The position numbers and the translations under genes are program-made. A stretch of DNA of 64,000 nt from Eledone cirrhosa (Eukaryota), in the NCBI GenBank assembly GCA_964016885.1, contig OZ024742.1, forward strand, positions 3,906,001 through 3,970,000. Reading direction: 5' to 3'. Position 1 is the first letter of the stretch. Each line of letters opens with the position of its first letter. Below are positions 48,741 to 63,600 of the stretch, in pieces. The notes below the pieces were generated by a model. It made no database searches. It was given only the letters and a program-made list of their open reading frames with translations, and had not been told where the DNA came from.

Positions 48741-51700
48741 TCAGACACCATCAACCGTCAGATACCATCAACTGTCAGACACCATCAACAGTCAGACACC
48801 ATCAACTGTCAGACACCATCAATTGTCAGACACCATCAACCGTCAGACACCATCAACCGTCAGATACCATCAACTGTCAGACACTATCAACAGTCAGACA
48901 CCATCAACTGTCAGACACCATCAATTGTCAGACACCATCAACCGTCAGACACCATCAACTGTCAGACACCATCAACTGTCGGACACCATCAACCGTCAGA
49001 CACCATCAACTGTCAGACACCATCAACCGTCAGACACCATCAACTGTCAGACACCATCAACTGTCGGACACCATCAACCGTCAGACACCATCAACTGTCA
49101 GACACCATCAACTGTCAGACACCATCAACCGTCAAGCACCATCAACTGTCAGACACCATCAACCGTCAGACACCATCAACTGTCAGACACCATCAATTGT
49201 CAGACACCATCAACCGTCAAACACCATCAACCGTCAGATACCATCAACTGTCAGACACTATCAACAGTCAGACACCATCAACTGTCAGACACCATCAATT
49301 GTCAGACACCATCAACCGTCAGACACCATCAACCGTCAGATACCATCAACTGTCAGACACCATCAACAGTCAGACACCATCAACTGTCAGACACCATCAA
49401 TTGTCAGACACCATCAACCGTCAGACACCATCAACTGTCAGACACCATCAACTGTCAGACACCATCAACTGTCAGACACCATCAACTGTCAGACACCATC
49501 AACCGTCAGACATCATCAACCGTCAGACACCATCAACTGTCAGACACCTTCAACCGTCAGACACCATCAACTGTCAGACACCATCAACTGTCAGACACCA
49601 TCAACCGTCAGACACCATCAACTGTCAGACACCATCAACCGTCAATCACCATCAACTGTCAGACACCATCAACTGTCAGACACCATCAACTGTCAGACAC
49701 CATCAACTGTCGGACAACATCAACCGTCAGACACCATCAACTGTCAGACACCATCAACTGTCAAACACCATCAACCGTCGGACACCATCAACCGACAGAC
49801 ACCATCAACTCTCAGACCGCATCAACTGTCAGACACCATCAACCGTCAGACACCATCAACCGTCAGACACCATCAACCGTCAGACACCATCAACTGTCAG
49901 ACTCCATCAACTATCAGACACCATCAATCGTCAGACACCATCAACTGTCAGACACCATCAACCGTCAAGCACCATCAACTGTCAGACACCATCAACCGTC
50001 AGACACCATCAACTGTCAGACACCATCAACTGTCGGACACCATCAACCGTCAGACACCATCAACTGTCAGACACCATCAACCGTCAGACACCATCAACTG
50101 TCAGACACCATCAACTGTCGGACACCATCAACCGTCAGACACCATCAACTGTCAGACACCATCAACTGTCAGACACCATCAACCGTCAAGCACCATCAAC
50201 TGTCAGACACCATCAACCGTCAGACACCATCAACTGTCAGACACCATCAACTGTCGGACACCATCAACCGTCAGACACCATCAACTGTCAGACACCATCA
50301 ATTGTCAGACACCATCAACCGTCAGACACCATAAACCGTCAGATACCATCAACCGTCAGATACCATCAACTGTCAGACACCATCAACAGTCAGACACCAT
50401 CAACTGTCAGACACCATCAATTGTCAGACACCATCAACCGTGAGACACCATCAACCGTCAGATACCATCAACTGTCAGACACTATCAACTGTCAGACACC
50501 ATCAACTGTCAGACACCATCAATTGTCAGACACCATCAACCGTCAGACACCATCAACCGTCAGATACCATCAACTGTCAGACACCATCAACAGTCAGACA
50601 CAATCAACTGTCAGACACCATCACTTGTCAGACACCATCAACCGTCAGACACCATCAACTGTCAGACACCATCAACTGTCAGACACCATCAACAGTCAGA
50701 CACCATCAATTGTCAGACACCATCAACTGTCGGACACCATCAACCGTCAGACACCATCAACTGTCAGACACCAACAACTGTCAGACACCATCAACCGTCA
50801 GACACCATCAACCGACAGACACCATCAACTGTCAGACCGCATCAACTGTCAGACACCATCAACCGTCAGATACCATCAACCGTCAGACACCATCAACCGT
50901 CAGACACCATCAACCGTCAGACACCATCAACTGTCAGACACCATCAGCTGTCAGACTACATCAACTGTCAGACACCATCAGCCGTCAGACACCATCAACT
51001 GCCAGACACCATCAACCGTCAGAAACCATCAACTGTCAGACACCATCAACCGTCAGACACCATCAACTGTCAGACACCATAAACTGTCAGACACCATCAA
51101 CTGTCAGACACCATCAAACGTCAGACATCATCAACCGTCAGACACGATCAACCGTCAGACACCATCAACTGTCAGACACCATCAACTGTCAGACACCATC
51201 AACCGTCAAGCACCATCAACTGTCAGACACCATCAACTGTCAGACACCATCAACTGTCGGACACCATCAACTGTCAGACACCATCAACTGTCGGAAACCA
51301 TCAACCGTCAGATACCATCAACTGTCAGACACCATCAACCGTCAAGCACCATCAACTGTCAGACACCATCAACGGTCAGACACCATCAACTGTCAGACAC
51401 CATCAACCATCAGACACCATCAACTGTCGGACACCATCAACCGTCTAAGCACCATCAACTGTCGGACACCATCAACTGTCAGACACCATCAACTGTCGGA
51501 CACCATCAACCGTCAGATACCATCAACTGTCAAACACCATCAACAGTCAGACACCATCAACTGTCAGATACCATCAACCGTCAGACGCCATCAACCGTCA
51601 GACACCATCAACCGTCAGATACCATCAACTGTCAGACACCATCAACAGTCAGACACCATCAACTGTCAGACACCATCAATTGTCAGACACCATCAACCGT

Positions 51701-52999
51701 GAGACACCATCAACCGTCAGATACCATGAACTGTCAGACACTATCAACAGTCAGACACCATCAACTGTCAGACACCATCAATTGTCAGACACCATCAACC
51801 GTCAGACACCATCAACTGTCAGACACCATCAACTGTCAGACACCATCAACTGTCAGACACCATCAACCGTCGGACACCATCAACCGACAGACACCATCAA
51901 CTCTCAGAGCGCATCAACTGTCAGACACCATCAACCGTCAGACACCATCAACCGTCAGACACCATCAACCGTCAGACACCATCAACTGTCAGACTCCATC
52001 AACTGTCAGACACCATCAATCGTCAGACACCATCAACTGTCAGACACCATCAACCGTCAAGCACCATCAACTGTCAGACACCATCAACCGTCAGACACCA
52101 TCAACTGTCAGACACCATCAACTGTCGGACACCATCAACCGTCAGACACCATCAACTGTCAGACACCATCAACCGTCAGACACCATCAACTGTCAGACAC
52201 CATCAACTGTCGGACACCATCAACCGTCAGACACCATCAACTGTCAGACACCATCAACTGTCAGACACCATCAACCGTCAAGCACCATCAACTGTCAGAC
52301 ACCATCAACCGTCAGACACCATCAACTGTCAGATACCATCAACTGTCGGACACCATCAACCGTCAGACACCATCAACTGTCAGACACCATCAATTGTCAG
52401 ACACCATCAACCGTCAGACACCATCAACCGTCAGATACCATCAACCGTCAGATACCATCAACTGTCAGACACCATCAACAGTCAGACACCATCAACTGTC
52501 AGACACCATCAATTGTCAGACACCATCAACCGTGAGACACCATCAACCGTCAGATACCATCAACTGTCAGACACTATCAACTGTCAGACACCATCAACTG
52601 TCAGACACCATCAACCGTCAGATACCATCAACTGTCAGACACCATCAACAGTCAGACACCATCAACTGTCAGACACCATCAATTGTCAGACACCATCAAC
52701 CGTCAGACACCATCAACCGTCAGATACCATCAACTGTCAGACACTATCAACAGTCAGACACCATCAACTGTCAGACACCATCAATTGTCAGACACCATCA
52801 ACCGTCAGACACCATCAACCGTCAGATACCATCAACTGTCAGACACCATCAACAGTCAGACACCATCAACTGTCAGACACCATCAATTGTCAGACACCAT
52901 CAACCGTCAGACACCATCAACTGTCAGACACCATCAACTGTCAGACACCATCAACAGTCAGACACCATCAACTGTCAGACACCATCAACTGTCAGACAC

Positions 53000-55900
53000 C
53001 ATCAACCGTCAGACATCATCAACCGTCAGACACCATCAACTGTCAGACACCTTCAACCGTCAGACACCATCAACTGTCAGACACCATCAACTGTCAGACA
53101 CCATCAACCGTCAGACACCATCAACTGTCAGACACATTCAACCGTCAGACACCATCAACTGTCAGACACCATCAACTGTCAGACACCATCAACCGTCAGA
53201 TACCATCAACTGTCAGACACCATCAACAGTCAGACACCATCAACTGTCAGACACCATCAATTGTCAGACACCATCAACCGTCAGATACCATCAACTGTCA
53301 GACACTATCAACAGTCAGACACCATCAACTGTCAGACACCATCAATTGTCAGACACCATCAACCGTCAGACACCATCAACCGTCAGATACCATCAACAGT
53401 CAGACACCATCAACTGTCAGACACCATCAATTGTCAGACACCATCAACCGTCAGACACCATCAACTGTCAGACACCATCAACTGTCAGACACCATCAACA
53501 GTCAGACACCATCAACTGTCAGACACCATCAACTGTCAGACACCATCAACCGTCAGACATCATCAACCGTCAGACACCATCAACTGTCAGACACCTTCAA
53601 CCGTCAGACACCATCAACTGTCAGACACCATCAACTGTCAGACACCATCAACCGTCAGACACCATCAACTGTCAGACACCATCAACCGTCAATCACCATC
53701 AACTGTCAGACACCATCAACTGTCAGACACCATCAACTGTCAGACACCATCAACTGTCGGACAACATCAACCGTCAGACACCATCAACTGTCAGACACCA
53801 TCAACTGTCAGACACCATCAACCGTCGGACACCATCAACCGACAGACACCATCAACTCTCAGACCGCATCAACTGTCAGACACCATCAACCGTCAGACAC
53901 CATCAACCGTCAGACACCATCAACCGTCAGACACCATCAACTGTCAGACTCCATCAACTGTCAGACACCATCAATCGTCAGACACCATCAACTGTCAGAC
54001 ACCATCAACCGTCAAGCACCATCAACTGTCAGACACCATCAACCGTCAGACACCATCAACTGTCAGACACCATCAACTGTCGGACACCATCAACCGTCAG
54101 ACACCATCAACTGTCAGACACCATCAACCGTCAGACACCATCAACTGTCAGACACCATCAACTGTCGGACACCATCAACCGTCAGACACCATCAACTGTC
54201 AGACACCATCAACTGTCAGACACCATCAACCGTCAAGCACCATCAACTGTCAGACACCATCAACCGTCAGACACCATCAACTGTCAGATACCATCAACTG
54301 TCGGACACCATCAACCGTCAGACACCATCAACTGTCAGACACCATCAATTGTCAGACACCATCAACCGTCAGACACCATCAACCGTCAGATACCATCAAC
54401 CGTCAGATACCATCAACTGTCAGACACCATCAACAATCAGACACCATCAACTGTCAGACACCATCAATTGTCAGACACCATCAACCGTGAGACACCATCA
54501 ACCGTCAGATACCATCAACTGTCAGACACTATCAACTGTCAGACACCATCAACTGTCAGACACCATCAACCGTCAGATACCATCAACTGTCAGACACCAT
54601 CAACAGTCAGACACCATCAACTGTCAGACACCATCAATTGTCAGACACCATCAACCGTCAGACACCATCAACCGTCAGATACCATCAACTGTCAGACACT
54701 ATCAACAGTCAGACACCATCAACTGTCAGACACCATCAATTGTCAGACACCATCAACCGTCAGACACCATCAACCGTCAGATACCATCAACTGTCAGACA
54801 CCATCAACAGTCAGACACCATCAACTGTCAGACACCATCAATTGTCAGACACCATCAACCGTCAGACACCATCAACTGTCAGACACCATCAACTGTCAGA
54901 CACCATCAACAGTCAGACACCATCAACTGTCAGACACCATCAACTGTCAGACACCATCAACCGTCAGACATCATCAACCGTCAGACACCATCAACTGTCA
55001 GACACCTTCAACCGTCAGACACCATCAACTGTCAGACACCATCAACTGTCAGACACCATCAACCGTCAGACACCATCAACTGTCAGACACCATCAACCGT
55101 CAATCACCATCAACTGACAGACACCATCAACTGTCAGACACCATCAACTGTCAGACACCATCAACTGTCGGACAACATCAACCGTCAGACACCATCAACT
55201 GTCAGACACCATCAACTGTCAGACACCATCAACCGTCGGACACCATCGACCGACAGACACCATCAACTCTCAGACCGCATCAACTGTCAGACACCATCAA
55301 CCGTCAGACACCATCAACCGTCAGACACCATCAACCGTCAGACACCATCAACTGTCAGACTCCATCAACTGTCAGACACCATCAATCGTCAGACACCATC
55401 AACTGTCAGACACCATCAACCGTCAGACATCATCAACCGTCAGACACCATCAACTGTCAGACACATTCAACCGTCAGACACCATCAACTGTCAGACACCA
55501 TCAACTGTCAGACACCATCAACCGTCAGATACCATCAACTGTCAGACACCATCAACAGTCAGACACCATCAACTGTCAGACACCATCAATTGTCAGACAC
55601 CATCAACCGTCAGATACCATCAACTGTCAGACACTATCAACAGTCAGACACCATCAACTGTCAGACACCATCAATTGTCAGACACCATCAACCGTCAGAC
55701 ACCATCAACCGTCAGATACCATCAACTGTCAGACACCATCAACAGTCAGACACCATCAACTGTCAGACACCATCAATTGTCAGACACCATCAACCGTCAG
55801 ACACCATCAACTGTCAGACACCATCAACTGTCAGACACCATCAACAGTCAGACACCATCAACTGTCAGACACCATCAACTGTCAGACACCATCAACCGTC

Positions 55901-57760
55901 AGACATCATCAACCGTCAGACACCATCAACTGTCAGACACCTTCAACCGTCAGACACCATCAACTGTCAGACACCATCAACTGTCAGACACCATCAACCG
56001 TCAGACACCATCAACTGTCAGACACCATCAACCGTCAATCACCATCAACTGTCAGACACCATCAACTGTCAGACACCATCAACTGTCAGACACCATCAAC
56101 TGTCGGACAACATCAACCGTCAGACACCATCAACTGTCAGACACCATCAACTGTCAGACACCATCAACCGTCGGACACCATCAACCGACAGACACCATCA
56201 ACTCTCAGACCGCATCAACTGTCAGACACCATCAACCGTCAGACACCATCAACCGTCAGACACCATCAACCGTCAGACACCATCAACTGTCAGACTCCAT
56301 CAACTGTCAGACACCATCAATCGTCAGACACCATCAACTGTCAGACACCATCAACCGTCAAGCACCATCAACTGTCAGACACCATCAACCGTCAGACACC
56401 ATCAACTGTCAGACACCATCAACTGTCGGATACCATCAACCGTCAGACACCATCAACTGTCAGACACCATCAACCGTCAGACACCATCAACTGTCAGACA
56501 CCATCAACTGTCGGACACCATCAACCGTCAGACACCATCAACTGTCAGACACCATCAACTGTCAGACACCATCAACCGTCAAGCACCATCAACTGTCAGA
56601 CACCATCAACCGTCAGACACCATCAACTGTCAGATACCATCAACTGTCGGACACCATCAACCGTCAGACACCATCAACTGTCAGACACCATCAATTGTCA
56701 GACACCATCAACCGTCAGACACCATCAACCGTCAGATACCATCAACCGTCAGATACCATCAACTGTCAGACACCATCAACAGTCAGACACCATCAACTGT
56801 CAGACACCATCAATTGTCAGACACCATCAACCGTGAGACACCATCAACCGTCAGATACCATCAACTTTCAGACACTATCAACTGTCAGACACCATCAACT
56901 GTCAGACACCATCAACCGTCAGATACCATCAACTGTCAGACACCATCAACAGTCAGACACCATCAACTGTCAGACACCATCAATTGTCAGACACCATCAA
57001 CCGTCAGACACCATCAACCGTCAGATACCATCAACTGTCAGACACTATCAACAGTCAGACACCATCAACTGTCAGACACCATCAATTGTCAGACACCATC
57101 AACCGTCAGACACCATCAACCGTCAGATACCATCAACTGTCAGACACCATCAACAGTCAGACACCATCAACTGTCAGACACCATCAATTGTCAGACACCA
57201 TCAACCGTCAGACACCATCAACTGTCAGACACCATCAACTGTCAGACACCATCAACAGTCAGACACCATCAACTGTCAGACACCATCAACTGTCAGACAC
57301 CATCATCCGTCAGACATCATCAACCGTCAGACACCATCAACTGTCAGACACCTTCAACCGTCAGACACCATCAACTGTCAGACACCATCAACTGTCAGAC
57401 ACCATCAACCGTCAGACACCATCAACTGTCAGACACCATCAACCGTCAATCACCATCAACTGACAGACACCATCAACTGTCAGACACCATCAACTGTCAG
57501 ACACCATCAACTGTCGGACAACATCAACCGTCAGACACCATCAACTGTCAGACACCATCAACTGTCAGACACCATCAACCGTCGGACACCATCGACCGAC
57601 AGACACCATCAACTCTCAGACCGCATCAACTGTCAGACACCATCAACCGTCAGACACCATCAACCGTCAGACACCATCAACCGTCAGACACCATCAACTG
57701 TCAGACTCCATCAACTGTCAGACACCATCAATCGTCAGACACCATCAACTGTCAGACACC
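53000..57760 (+). repeat. Tandem duplication, period 2346 bp (138 monomers), itself built from related 1411-bp and 935-bp units
   Basis: GTCAATCACC at 53688, 55099, 56034 and 57445 (spacings 1411 = 83 x 17, 935 = 55 x 17, 1411). ORFs 54638..55117 and 56984..57463 are offset by 2346. GACACATTC occurs at about 53131/55460. Confidence 0.88.
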
Positions 57761-60699
57761 ATCAACCGTCAAGCACCATCAACTGTCAGACACCATCAAC
57801 CGTCAGACACCATCAACTGTCAGACACCATCAACTGTCGGACACCATCAACCGTCAGACACCATCAACTGTCAGACACCATCAACCGTCAGACACCATCA
57901 ACTGTCAGACACCATCAACTGTCGGACACCATCAACCGTCAGACACCATCAACTGTCAGACACCATCAACTGTCAGACACCATCAACCGTCAAGCACCAT
58001 CAACTGTCAGACACCATCAACCGTCAGACACCATCAACTGTCAGACACCATCAACTGTCGGACACCATCAACCGTCAGACACCATCAACTGTCAGACACC
58101 ATCAATTGTCAGACACCATCAACCGTCAGACACCATCAACCGTCAGATACCATCAACCGTCAGATACCATCAACTGTCAGACACCATCAACAGTCAGACA
58201 CCATCAACTGTCAGACACCATCAATTGTCAGACACCATCAACCGTGAGATACCATCAACCGTCAGATACCATCAACTGTCAGACACCATCAATTGTCAGA
58301 CACCATCAACCGTCAGACACCATCAACTGTCAGACACCATCAACTGTCAGACACCATCAACAGTCAGACACCATCAACTGTCAGACACCATCAACTGTCA
58401 GACACCATCAACCGTCAGACATCATCAACCGTCAGACACCATCAACTGTCAGACACCTTCAACCGTCAGACCGCATCAACTGTCAGACACCATCAACCGT
58501 CAGACACCATCAACCGTCAGACACCATCAACCGTCAGACACCATCAACTGTCAGACTCCATCAACTATCAGACACCATCAATCGTCAGACACCATCAACT
58601 GTCAGACACCATCAACCGTCAAGCACCATCAACTGTCAGACACCATCAACCGTCAGACACCATCAACTGTCAGACACCATCAACCGTCAGACACCATCAA
58701 CTGTCAGACACCATCAACTGTCGGACACCATCAACCGTCAGACACCATCAACTGTCAGACACCATCAACCGTCAGACACCATCAACTGTCAGACACCATC
58801 AACTGTCGGACACCATCAACCGTCAGACACCATCAACTGTCAGACACCATCAACTGTCAGACACCATCAACCGTCAAGCACCATCAACTGTCAGACACCA
58901 TCAACCGTCAGACACATCAACTGTCAGACACCATCAACTGTCGGACACCATCAACCGTCAGACACCATCAACTGTCAGACACCATCAATTGTCAGACACC
59001 ATCAACCGTCAGACACCATCAACCGTCAGATACCATCAACCGTCAGATACCATCAACTGTCAGACACCATCAACAGTCAGACACCATCAACTGTCAGACA
59101 CCATCAATTGTCAGACACCATCAACCGTGAGACACCATCAACCGTCAGATACCATCAACTGTCAGACACTATCAACTGTCAGACACCATCAACTGTCAGA
59201 CACCATCAATTGTCAGACACCATCAACCGTCAGACACCATCAACCGTCAGATACCATCAACTGTCAGACACCATCAACAGTCAGACACAATCAACTGTCA
59301 GACATCATCACTTGTCAGACACCATCAACCGTCAGACACCATCAACTGTCAGACACCATCAACTGTCAGACACCATCAACAGTCAGACACCATCAATTGT
59401 CAGACACCATCAACTGTCGGACACCATCAACCGTCAGACACCATCAACTGTCAGACACCAACAACTGTCAGACACCATCAACCGTCAGACACCATCAACC
59501 GACAGACACCATCAACTGTCAGACCGCATCAACTGTCAGACACCATCAACCGTCAGATACCATCAACCGTCAGACACCATCAACCGTCAGACACCATCAA
59601 CCGTCAGACACCATCAACTGTCAGACACCATCAGCTGTCAGACTACATCAACTGTCAGACACCATCAGCCGTCAGACACCATCAACTGCCAGACACCATC
59701 AACCGTCAGAAACCATCAACTGTCAGACACCATCAACCGTCAGACACCATCAACTGTCAGACACCATAAACTGTCAGACACCATCAACTGTCAGACACCA
59801 TCAAACGTCAGACATCATCAACCGTCAGACACGATCAACCGTCAGACACCATCAACTGTCAGACACCATCAACTGTCAGACACCATCAACCGTCAAGCAC
59901 CATCAACTGTCAGACACCATCAACTGTCAGACACCATCAACTGTCAGACACGATCAACCATCAGACACCATCAACTGTCGGACACGATCAACCGTCTAAG
60001 CACCATCAACTGTCGGACACCATCAACTGTCAGACACCATCAACTGTCGGAAACCATCAACCGTCAGATACCATCAACTGTCAGACACCATCAACCGTCA
60101 AGCACCATCAACTGTCAGACACCATCAACTGTCAGACACCATCAACTGTCAGACACCATCAACCATCAGACACCATCAACTGTCGGACACCATCAACCGT
60201 CTAAGCACCATCAACTGTCGGACACCATCAACTGTCAGACACCATCAACTGTCGGACACCATCAACCGTCAGATACCATCAACTGTCAAACACCATCAAC
60301 AGTCAGACACCATCAACTGTCAGATACCATCAACCGTCAGACGCCATCAACCGTCAGACACCATCAACCGTCAGATACCATCAACTGTCTGACACCATCA
60401 ACAGTCAGACACCATCAACTGTCAGACACCATCAATTGTCAGACACCATCAACCGTGAGACACCATCAACCGTCAGATACCATGAACTGTCAGACACTAT
60501 CAACAGTCAGACACCATCAACTGTCAGACACCATCAATTGTCAGACACCATCAACCGTCAGACACCATCAACTGTCAGACACCATCAACTGTCAGACACC
60601 ATCAACAGTCAGACACCATCAACTGTCAGACACCATCAACTGTCAGACACCATCAACCGTCAGACATCATCAACCGTCAGACACCATCAACTGTCAGAC

Positions 60700-63600
60700 A
60701 CCATCAACTGTCAGACACCATCAACCGTCAGATACCATCAACTGTCAGACACCATCAACAGTCAGACACCATCAACTGTCAGACACCATCAATTGTCAGA
60801 CACCATCAACCGTCAGACACCATCAACCGTCAGATACCATCAACTGTCAGACACTATCAACAGTCAGACACCATCAACTGTCAGACACCATCAATTGTCA
60901 GACACCATCAACCGTCAGACACCATCAACCGTCAGATACCATCAACTGTCAGACACCAACAACAGTCAGACACCATCAACTGTCAGACACCATCAATTGT
61001 CAGACACCATCAACCGTCAGACACCATCAACTGTCAGACACCATCAACTGTCAGACACCATCAACAGTCAGACACCATCAACTGTCAGACACCATCAACT
61101 GTCAGACACCATCAACCGTCAGACATCATCAACCGTCAGACACCATCAACTGTCAGACACCTTCAACCGTCAGACACCATCAACTGTCAGACACCATCAA
61201 CTGTCAGACACCATCAACCGTCAGACACCATCAACTGTCAGACACCATCAACCGTCAATCACCATCAACTGTCAGACACCATCAACTGTCAGACACCATC
61301 AACTGTCAGACACCATCAACTGTCGGACAACTTCAACCGTCAGACACCATCAACTGTCAGACACCATCAACTGTCAGACACCATCAACCGTCGGACACCA
61401 TCAACCGACAGACACCATCAACTCTCAGACCGCATCAACTGTCAGACACCATCAACCGTCAGACACCATCAACCGTCAGACACCATCAACCGTCAGACAC
61501 CATCAACTGTCAGACTCCATCAACTGTCAGACACCATCAATCGTCAGACACCATCAACTGTCAGACACCATCAACCGTCAAGCACCATCAACTGTCAGAC
61601 ACCATCAACCGTCAGACACCATCAACTGTCAGACACCATCAACTGTCGGACACCATCAACCGTCAGACACCATCAACTGTCAGACACCATCAACCGTCAG
61701 ACACCATCAACTGTCAGACACCATCAACTGTCGGACACCATCAACCGTCAGACACCATCAACTGTCAGACACCATCAACTGTCAGACACCATCAACCGTC
61801 AAGCACCATCAACTGTCAGACACCATCAACCGTCAGACACCATCAACTGTCAGATACCATCAACTGTCGGACACCATCAACCGTCAGACACCATCAACTG
61901 TCAGACACCATCAATTGTCAGACACCATCAACCGTCAGACACCATCAACCGTCAGATACCATCAACCGTCAGATACCATCAACTGTCAGACACCATCAAC
62001 AGTCAGACACCATCAACTGTCAGACACCATCAATTGTCAGACACCATCAACCGTGAGACACCATCAACCGTCAGATACCATCAACTGTCAGACACTATCA
62101 ACTGTCAGACACCATCAACTGTCAGACACCATCAACCGTCAGACACCATCAACTGTCAGACACCATCAATTGTCAGACACCATCAACCGTCAGACACCAT
62201 CAACCGTCAGATACCATCAACTGTCAGACACTATCAACAGTCAGACACCATCAACTGTCAGACACCATCAATTGTCAGACACCATCAACCGTCAGACACC
62301 ATCAACCGTCAGATACCATCAACTGTCAGACACCATCAACAGTCAGACACCATCAACTGTCAGACACCATCAATTGTCAGACACCATCAACCGTCAGACA
62401 CCATCAACTGTCAGACACCATCAACTGTCAGACACCATCAACAGTCAGACACCATCAACTGTCAGACACCATCAACTGTCAGACACCATCAACCGTCAGA
62501 CATCATCAACCGTCAGACACCATCAACTGTCAGACACCTTCAACCGTCAGACACCATCAACTGTCAGACACCATCAACTGTCAGACACCATCAACCGTCA
62601 GACACCATCAACTGTCAGACACCATCAACCGTCAATCACCATCAACTGTCAGACACCATCAACTGTCAGACACCATCAACTGTCAGACACCATCAACTGT
62701 CGGACAACATCAACCGTCAGACACCATCAACTGTCAGACACCATCAACTGTCAGACACCATCAACCGTCGGACACCATCAACCGACAGACACCATCAACT
62801 CTCAGACCGCATCAACTGTCAGACACCATCAACCGTCAGACACCATCAACCGTCAGACACCATCAACCGTCAGACACCATCAACTGTCAGACTCCATCAA
62901 CTGTCAGACACCATCAATCGTCAGACACCATCAACTGTCAGACACCATCAACCGTCAAGCACCATCAACTGTCAGACACCATCAACCGTCAGACACCATC
63001 AACTGTCAGACACCATCAACTGTCAGACACCATCAACTGTCGGACACCATCAACCGTCAGACACCATCAACTGTCAGACACCATCAACCGTCAGACACCA
63101 TCAACCGTCAGATACCATCAACTGTCAGACACTATCAACTGTCAGACACCATCAACTGTCAGACACCATCAACCGTCAGACACCATCAACTGTCAGACAC
63201 CATCAATTGTCAGACACCATCAACCGTCAGACACCATCAACCGTCAGATACCATCAACTGTCAGACACTATCAACAGTCAGACACCATCAACTGTCAGAC
63301 ACCATCAATTGTCAGACACCATCAACCGTCAGACACCATCAACCGTCAGATACCATCAACTGTCAGACACCATCAACAGTCAGACACCATCAACTGTCAG
63401 ACACCATCAATTGTCAGACACCATCAACCGTCAGACACCATCAACTGTCAGACACCATCAACTGTCAGACACCATCAACAGTCAGACACCATCAACTGTC
63501 AGACACCATCAACTGTCAGACACCATCAACCGTCAGACATCATCAACCGTCAGACACCATCAACTGTCAGACACCTTCAACCGTCAGACACCATCAACTG

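Noticed and set aside
221-62056. All ORF-track entries, including the 2205, 1854, 1333 and 1316 aa ORFs, as protein-coding genes
   Set aside because: They overlap in all three frames with the same peptide. They start at sporadic TTG/GTG/ATG variants and end at sporadic stop variants. They have no non-repetitive domain and no codon-position bias in variation. A stop-free 17-bp repeat explains them fully.
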